Positions 58,252-64,000 of a stretch of DNA of 64,000 nucleotides are shown one piece after another. How positions within the stretch are numbered: the stretch's first letter is position 1; each line of letters begins with the position of its first letter. Below the pieces are notes generated by a model, which worked only from the letters and a program-made list of their open reading frames with translations, ran no database searches and was not told the origin of the DNA. The stretch is from Actinomycetota bacterium (GTDB lineage: Bacteria > Actinomycetota > Acidimicrobiia > Acidimicrobiales > Microtrichaceae): contig JBIQID010000003.1 of assembly GCA_044508215.1 (NCBI GenBank), positions 10,000-73,999 of the forward strand, in the 5' to 3' direction. The translations under genes and the position numbers were made by a program.

Positions 58252-58346
58252 CACGTCCCCTTCAGCCCTGCGGGCGGCTCGTCGTCACGGTGATGACGGC
58301 TCGATGCGCCGGATCTCATCGGCGGGCGCCATCGTTGCACCCCCCT

Positions 58347-58400
58347 CCGTTCTGTTGTGTAGAACCGGCCCGATCGGGCCGGTCCTACACAACGAAACGG
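58347..58400 (+). repeat. Long-stem palindromic element, copy C
   Basis: CCGTTCTGTTGTGTAGAACCGGCCCG-AT-CGGGCCGGTCCTACACAACGAAACGG. Same flanks as copies A and B, but a completely different, still self-complementary core. Confidence 0.75.
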
Positions 58401-58456
58401 CTGGGATCGCCGGCCGGAGCGGGTAGGCGCGGCCGAGTGGATCGGAGGACATCACG

Positions 58457-59368
58457 ATGAGACCGGCTCCCTCGGGCGAGCAGCACGAGATCGCGTTCGA
58501 GGACCAGCGGGCGGTGGTCGTGGAGGTGGGCGGCGGGATCCGCCGCTACGACGTGGGCGACCGAGAGGTGCTCGAGCCGTACGCCGTCGACGCGATGTGC
58601 GACGGGGCCAGGGGCGTGCCGCTGGTGCCGTGGCCGAACCGGTTGGCCGACGGGCGCTACCGCTTCGAGGGCGTCGAGCACCAGCTGCCGATCACCGAGC
58701 CGGACAAGGGCAACGCGATCCACGGGCTGCTCCGGTGGCGGCCGTGGACCGTCGCCGACCGCGCCGACCACCACGTGACCATGGCGGCGCGGGTGTTCCC
58801 GATGAAGGGCTACCCATTCCACCTCGACGTGCAGGTGACCTACCGCCTGGGAACCGACGGGCTGGTCGTGACGACCACGGGGAGCAACCTCGGGGCGGAG
58901 CCGTGTCCGTACGGCAGCGGCCATCACCCGTACCTGTCGCCCGGGGCGGGCCTCGTCGATGGCGCGGTGCTGGAGCTGGCGGCGGGGACCCGGTTGGAGA
59001 CCGATGAGCGCGGGCTCCCCACCGGGCGGGTGCCCGTGGCCGGCACGCCGTACGACTTCGCCGAGCCGCGCGCCGTGGGGGACCTCGAGATCGACGTCGC
59101 GTTCGGTGACCTGCGCCGTGGCGAAGGGGGCATCGCGGTCGCCCGCCTGCATGGGGCTGACGGCCGCTGCGTGGAGCTGTGGGCCGACAGCTCGCATGAG
59201 TACCTCCAGGTGTTCACCGGCGACACGCTCGCTCCCGATCGGCGCCGGACCGGCCTCGCCGTCGAGCCGATGACCTGCCCGCCGAACGCCTTCGCCACTG
59301 GTGAGGACCTCGTCCGCCTCGACCCCGGGACCTCCCACATCTCCCTGTGGGGCATCCGCCTCCTCTGA
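58457..59368 (+). CDS. Aldose 1-epimerase (galactose-mutarotase-like) family protein
   Basis: ATG 58457 follows a GGAGGA RBS. Motifs: PWPNRLADGRYRFEG, NAIHGLLRW, HPYL. Confidence 0.85.
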   Translation: MRPAPSGEQHEIAFEDQRAVVVEVGGGIRRYDVGDREVLEPYAVDAMCDGARGVPLVPWPNRLADGRYRFEGVEHQLPITEPDKGNAIHGLLRWRPWTVADRADHHVTMAARVFPMKGYPFHLDVQVTYRLGTDGLVVTTTGSNLGAEPCPYGSGHHPYLSPGAGLVDGAVLELAAGTRLETDERGLPTGRVPVAGTPYDFAEPRAVGDLEIDVAFGDLRRGEGGIAVARLHGADGRCVELWADSSHEYLQVFTGDTLAPDRRRTGLAVEPMTCPPNAFATGEDLVRLDPGTSHISLWGIRLL

Positions 59369-59429
59369 GTCGCAAGCACCTCCCGGCGATCTGCGACGTA
59401 GTCAGTGGGGACGGCGTAGCGTCCGCTCG

Positions 59430-59681
59430 GTGGTGTGTTCCTGCGCCCTCATCGAGCGCCTGGACGGCGACGAGGCGCGGACCTACGCCGCGGAGCACTT
59501 GCAACTGATCGAGAGCGGACGTGACCGCAGTGGCGCCGAGGACTACGCGTGCGCTGAGTCCCGAACGGCCTGGGTGATGGACTTCCCGTTTCGGCATTGG
59601 GCTGCGGACCACCGGGGAGCGCCGCGACTCCGGCGCATGCCGCTCCCTCAGGGGGACCCTCCAATCGGGGCACTCGACTGA
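59430..59681 (+). CDS. Hypothetical small protein (about 83 aa), no family recognised
   Basis: Only support is codon usage. By eye, about 80% of third positions are G/C in this frame, starting from GTG 59430/59433. No RBS or motif recognised. Confidence 0.35.
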   Translation: MVCSCALIERLDGDEARTYAAEHLQLIESGRDRSGAEDYACAESRTAWVMDFPFRHWAADHRGAPRLRRMPLPQGDPPIGALD

Positions 59682-59962
59682 GCGCCTCTGTCTCCGGACG
59701 CGCAGGTGCGCCCGGCGGCGTGGGGTGCCGTGGGCGTGGGCGGGTTCTTCCGGGTTCCCTGGTGCTGGGGCCGGGTGCTCCGGGCTGGTTGTCCGGGGCA
59801 GGGGGTGGGGACGTTTGGCCTCGTCAGGCTGTGAGTGCGCCTGGTGGTGGTCGGGAGTGGAGCTGGTCGCCGAAGGGGGTGGTCCACGTGTAGGTGGTGC
59901 GGACAGCTGCCCACCTCGGGTGCTGCGAAGATGGCTCGAAAACGGGAGAAGGAGCAGCTTGC

Positions 59963-60724
59963 ATGGCGGAACGTCTGGACTCGACGGTTGCGATCGTCAC
60001 GGGGGCGTCGAGCGGCATCGGCGCCGCGACGGCCAGGGCGCTCGGAGCGGCCGGCGCGGCGGTGGTCGCCGTGGCGCGCCGTGAAGACCTGCTCCAGTCG
60101 CTTGCCGCCGAGCTGGAGGCCTCGGGCGCGAAGGTGCTGCCGATCACCGCGGACCTGACCGACTCGGACGCTGCCTTCGGCGTCGTCGAGCGCACGATCG
60201 CCGAACTGGGGCGCCTCGACACGCTCGTGAACAACGCCGGCGTGATGCTGAACGGCGACTCGCTCGTCTCGACCATCGACGAGTGGGACCGCATGGTCGA
60301 CCTCAACGTGAAGGGCCTGATGTACGTGACGAAGGCAGCGCTGCCGCACCTGCTCGAGGCGGTGGCGACCAGCCCCCGCGGCGTCACGGACGTGGTGAAC
60401 CTCAGCTCGATCGCGGGCCGCCAGGCGCGCGCCACCGCAGCGATCTACAACGCGACGAAGTTCGGCGTCACCGCGGCGACCGAGGCGTGGCGCCAGGAGT
60501 TCACCCGACGCAACGTGCGGTTCTCCGTGGTGGAGCCGGGGCTCACCGACACCGAGCTGTTCGGCCACCAGCAGCAGGCGACCCAGGACGCGTACGACCG
60601 GGCGTGGGGCGACGTGGAGAAGCTGCACGCCCAGGACATCGCCGATGCGATCGAGTACATCGTCCGCAGCCCTCGCCGGGTTGCGATCAACGAGATCCTC
60701 ATCAGGCCCACCGACCAGGCCTGA
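59963..60724 (+). CDS. Short-chain dehydrogenase/reductase (SDR)
   Basis: ATG 59963 follows a GGAGAAGGAG RBS. TGASSGIG, NNAG, YNATK catalytic motif. Confidence 0.95.
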   Translation: MAERLDSTVAIVTGASSGIGAATARALGAAGAAVVAVARREDLLQSLAAELEASGAKVLPITADLTDSDAAFGVVERTIAELGRLDTLVNNAGVMLNGDSLVSTIDEWDRMVDLNVKGLMYVTKAALPHLLEAVATSPRGVTDVVNLSSIAGRQARATAAIYNATKFGVTAATEAWRQEFTRRNVRFSVVEPGLTDTELFGHQQQATQDAYDRAWGDVEKLHAQDIADAIEYIVRSPRRVAINEILIRPTDQA

Positions 60725-60804
60725 CGCCGCCCGTCGGCTGAGGGCCGGCCACTCCCGCAGCGGCACGAGGGCTACCGCCCCGGCTCGTGGGGCACGTGCT
60801 CCGC

Positions 60805-61800
60805 ATGTCATGGACCGACGCACCCGAACGGCTCGTGCGTTGGTTCGACGACGCGCAGCAGGAGCGACGCTGGCTGGCCGAGCCGATCGGCGTGATCCGG
60901 AAGTACGCCGACGACCGGGGGAGCGCGCTGGCCGGACTGCTCACCTTCCAGGTGTTCCTGGGCCTGCTGCCGCTGCTCGTCGTCGCACTGACCGTGTTCG
61001 GTCGGGTGATCGAGGGCTCCGACGACCTCGAGGACCGCGTCCTCGACTCGACGCTCGCCCAGTTCCCCGTCATCGGGAACCGGATCCGCGACGACGTGAG
61101 CGCGCTGGGCGTCGAGGGCTGGTGGCTGTACGTCACGCTGTTGGGCCTGCTGTGGACTGCCATGGGCATCTACAACGGGTTCCAGCTCACGCTCAACCAG
61201 GTGTGGAACGTCGGCGGCGTCCACCGGCAGGGCTTCGTCTCTCGGCTGATCCGGTCGGCCGCGCTGTTCCTGCTCGTCTTCGCAGCCGCGATCGGCACGT
61301 CCTTCCTCCGCGAGGTCACGTCGCCCGACAGCTCGTTGCCACTGGTCGACTTCCTCCTCTCGTTCTTGATGTCGGTGGCCGTGGCGTCCGGTCTGCTGCT
61401 CCTCGTGTTCCGGATCGTCACCTCCTCCGACGTCGGCTGGCGCGAGCTCGCTCCTGCCGCGGTCCTCGCCGGTCTGGCGTGGACCGTGCTCCAGCGCATC
61501 GGTCGTTGGGTGGTGCTCGACCGGCTCGCCACCGCGCAGGACCTGTACGGCGCGATCGGCTTCGTGGTGGTGACGCTCGCCTGGATCAACCTGCTGGCCC
61601 GTTCGGTGGTGCTGGCCAACGAGGCGGCCGTCGTGCACCACCGTCGGCTGTGGCCGCGGCGCATCGCCCAGCCTCCGCTGACAGAGGCCGACCGCAGGGT
61701 GCTCGCCGGGCTCCTGAACAACGAGCGGCGTCGACCTGAGCAGGTCGTCACGGTCGAGTTCGAGGGCGACGACGGCCCTCCCCACCGTCTGGCGGACTGA
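60805..61800 (+). CDS. YihY/BrkB-family membrane protein
   Basis: GSALAGLLTFQVFLGLLPLL and about 6 TM helices. ATG 60805; GTG 60787 is an alternative. Confidence 0.8.
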   Translation: MSWTDAPERLVRWFDDAQQERRWLAEPIGVIRKYADDRGSALAGLLTFQVFLGLLPLLVVALTVFGRVIEGSDDLEDRVLDSTLAQFPVIGNRIRDDVSALGVEGWWLYVTLLGLLWTAMGIYNGFQLTLNQVWNVGGVHRQGFVSRLIRSAALFLLVFAAAIGTSFLREVTSPDSSLPLVDFLLSFLMSVAVASGLLLLVFRIVTSSDVGWRELAPAAVLAGLAWTVLQRIGRWVVLDRLATAQDLYGAIGFVVVTLAWINLLARSVVLANEAAVVHHRRLWPRRIAQPPLTEADRRVLAGLLNNERRRPEQVVTVEFEGDDGPPHRLAD

Positions 61801-61821
61801 GCGCGCCGACCAGCGCTGGGC

Positions 61822-62247
61822 TCAGGTCGTGGCGAGCGCTTCGAGCATCGCAGGTGTGTCGATCGAGAAGTGGGCCCGCACGGCCTTCCCGTCGACGATG
61901 GTCCACCGGTGGACCTCCGCCACGTCGAACTCCGCGCCGGTCGCGTTGACCGTGCCCTTGGTCCGACCCACCTGGACCACGTCGCCGTCGGCGGCGAACA
62001 CGCTGTGCGTGTCGACCTCCGACGTGATCGTCCCGGTCAGCGCCGCGGCGAAGGTCAGGAATCCGTCGTGTCCCTCGAACCGCCCGCCCCACGGGAGCGC
62101 CGGGTCCTGGGTGATCACGATGCGCTCGTCGAGCAGCGTCGGGAGCTGCTCGAGGTCGCGGGCGGCCATCGCCGCGTAGATCGCGCGCACGGTCTCCACG
62201 TCCGACTCGTGCTGTTGGCCGTCGCTGCTCTTCAGGTCATCCGCCAT
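61822..62247 (-). CDS. SnoaL/NTF2-like fold protein
   Basis: ORF track 141 aa. VETVRAIYAAMAARDLEQLPTLLDERIV is typical of the fold. Confidence 0.7.
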   Translation of the reverse strand: MADDLKSSDGQQHESDVETVRAIYAAMAARDLEQLPTLLDERIVITQDPALPWGGRFEGHDGFLTFAAALTGTITSEVDTHSVFAADGDVVQVGRTKGTVNATGAEFDVAEVHRWTIVDGKAVRAHFSIDTPAMLEALATT

Positions 62248-62337
62248 CGCCGGAGCCTACGTTCGGGCCGACGGGCCGGCCGCGTCGGTTCGGGGGAGCC
62301 TCGGCCCGTGGGCTCGTGGGTGGGGTAGACCTGCCCC

Positions 62338-63027
62338 ATGGCGACGACACCGATGCGCACGAACGGCATGCCGCCCGAGCTGTTCGACTACGTGATCGAG
62401 CACTGCAACCCCGGCGCCGACCCGATCGCCGACGAGCTGGCGGCCACCACGCAGGAGCGCTTCGGCGACCTGGCGCGGATGAACATCGGCCAGGACCAGG
62501 GCCAGCTCCTCATGTGGCTCGTGCAGCTGCTGGCCGCCCGGACGGTGGTCGAGGTCGGCACGTTCACCGGGATGTCGGCCCTCTGGCTCGCCCGTGGGCT
62601 GCCGGACGGAGGCCGCCTCGTCTGCTTCGACCGCAGCGACGAGTACACCTCGGTCGGCCGGTCGTTCTGGGAGCGCGCCGGCGTCGCCGACCGGATCGAG
62701 GTCCGGCTGGGCGACGCGGCGGAGCGACTCGCCGAGCTGGCCGACGACGCTGAGGTCGACTTCGCCTTCGTCGACGCTGACAAGGTCGGCTACCAGCGCT
62801 ACCTCGACTTGCTGCTGCCTCGGCTGCGGCAGGGCGGGATGCTGGCCTTCGACAACACCCTGTGGCGCGGCCAGGTGCTGGACGAGGCGGACGACTCCGA
62901 CGACACGGTCGCGCTGCGGGCGTTCAACGACGGCCTTTCACAGCGTGACGACGTCGACGTGCTGATGCTCACCGTGGGCGACGGCGTCACCCTCGTCCGC
63001 CACCGCGTCGAGGGACGACCTGGCTGA
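62338..63027 (+). CDS. Class I SAM-dependent O-methyltransferase (caffeoyl-CoA OMT-like)
   Basis: VVEVGTFTGMSALWLA SAM motif. FAFVDADK metal/SAM motif. FDNTLWRG. Confidence 0.9.
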   Translation: MATTPMRTNGMPPELFDYVIEHCNPGADPIADELAATTQERFGDLARMNIGQDQGQLLMWLVQLLAARTVVEVGTFTGMSALWLARGLPDGGRLVCFDRSDEYTSVGRSFWERAGVADRIEVRLGDAAERLAELADDAEVDFAFVDADKVGYQRYLDLLLPRLRQGGMLAFDNTLWRGQVLDEADDSDDTVALRAFNDGLSQRDDVDVLMLTVGDGVTLVRHRVEGRPG

Positions 63028-63073
63028 CGCTGCCATGGGCCTCGCCCGGGCCCGACTGGGTACGGTGCGAACC

Positions 63074-64000
63074 ATGGCCGACGAGCTCCCTGCCATCCCG
63101 CCGACGCGCCGCCTCGGTGCGAGCGACCTCGAAGTCGGGCCCATCGCGTACGGCTGCTGGCGGTTCGCCGGAACGGACCTGGCGGCGGCGACCGCGAAGA
63201 TCGAGGCAGCCCTCGACGTCGGGATGAGGCTGATCGACACCGCCGACATCTACGGCTACCGGGGTGGGGCGGTCGACGAGTCCGGGCACGACGGGTTCGG
63301 CGATGCCGAGGTGTTGCTCGGCGAGGTGCTCGCCGCGTCGCCGGGTCTCCGCGACCGCATGGTGCTCGCCACGAAGGGCGGCATCCGTCCGCCGCTGCCC
63401 TACGACCAGTCCGCCTCGTACCTCCGGGACGCGTGCGACGCCTCCCTCCGCCGGCTGGGCGTCGACCACATCGACCTCTACCAGGTCCACCGTCCGGACC
63501 TGCTCGCCCACGCCGAGGAGATCGCCGCCGTGCTCGACGAGCTGGTCGACGCAGGGAAGGTCCGCTGGCTGGGCGTCTCCAACTTCACCGTCGGCCAGCA
63601 CCGGGCGCTCGCCGCGCACCTCCGCTCGCCGATCGTCACGACCCAGCCGGAGTGGCACCCGCTGCGCCCGGCACCGATCGACGACGGCACGTTCGACCTC
63701 TGCGAGGAGCTGGGTGTGACGCCGCTCGTCTGGAGCCCGCTCGCTGGCGGCCGGCTGGTGGGGGAACAGCCGCACGACGACCCTGCTGCGGCGCGCGTCG
63801 TCGAGATCGCCGATCGGATCGCGGGGGAGCAGGGCGCTGACCGCGCCGCGGTGCTCCTCGCGTGGGCAGCGCACCACCCGACCGGCGCCATCCCGATCGT
63901 GGGGAGCCAGCAGCCGGAGCGCATCCGGCGGGCGGCCGACGCCCTGTCGGTCCGGCTCACCCGCAACCAGTGGTACGAGATCTTCGCGGCCGGACGGGGT
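63074..64000 (+). CDS. Aldo/keto reductase (3' end runs off the window)
   Basis: My own translation from ATG 63074: MADELPAIPPTRRLGASDLEVGPIAYGCWRF...IDTADIYG...ATKGG...IDLYQVHRPD...WLGVSNF. The frame is open to position 64000. Confidence 0.9.
   Translation, partial: MADELPAIPPTRRLGASDLEVGPIAYGCWRFAGTDLAAATAKIEAALDVGMRLIDTADIYGYRGGAVDESGHDGFGDAEVLLGEVLAASPGLRDRMVLATKGGIRPPLPYDQSASYLRDACDASLRRLGVDHIDLYQVHRPDLLAHAEEIAAVLDELVDAGKVRWLGVSNFTVGQHRALAAHLRSPIVTTQPEWHPLRPAPIDDGTFDLCEELGVTPLVWSPLAGGRLVGEQPHDDPAAARVVEIADRIAGEQGADRAAVLLAWAAHHPTGAIPIVGSQQPERIRRAADALSVRLTRNQWYEIFAAGRG

Overview
Very GC-rich (about 70% by eye, not computed) actinobacterial-type chromosomal segment with about 65 protein-coding genes on both strands. 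Many genes are translationally coupled through ATGA/GTGA/TGATG start-stop overlaps. I found no rRNA, tRNA, CRISPR array, transposase, integrase, phage gene or recognisable defence gene, so this reads as housekeeping and accessory metabolism rather than a mobile island. Recognisable content:
- A 5'-partial PhoD phosphatase and a PadR regulator with a membrane partner.
- Several F420/flavin-type oxidoreductases (Ddn-like, PPOX-like, two LLM).
- Two cytochrome P450s, one coupled to cysE-cysK.
- A complete seven-gene Mrp (Mnh) cation/proton antiporter operon.
- Four exported lipoprotein lipases/esterases.
- A six-gene minus-strand operon: VOC, NTF2-like, LLM, esterase, NTF2-like, esterase.
- An extradiol dioxygenase-FAH-BVMO operon next to a catalase.
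- USP, CBS, ArsR-SulP and NfeD-SPFH genes, an aldehyde dehydrogenase and an acyl-CoA dehydrogenase.
- A PAP2 / kinase-flippase-like / PAP2 membrane module.
- A c-di-GMP signalling cluster: HDOD, PAS-GGDEF-EAL and a PP2C phosphatase.
- An LAXTG-anchored beta-helix surface protein, a GH13 glucosidase, and assorted small oxidoreductases.

The signals most worth a second look:
1. A three-member family of ~55-nt long-stem palindromic elements with conserved flanks, a conserved internal C-A mismatch and compensatory variable cores. All three lie in the same orientation, upstream of the next plus-strand gene. One copy abuts four 13-bp tandem repeats.
2. The tightly coupled module of GPGG peptide, PAP2, TM-kinase-like-UPF0104 fusion and PAP2.
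3. An AT-rich nested-palindrome operator lying over a near-consensus promoter of a probably leaderless arsR-sulP operon.
4. A ~280-bp G-rich non-coding tract with G-quadruplex motifs.

All functional calls rest on motif and family recognition by eye from the translations. No searches were run.
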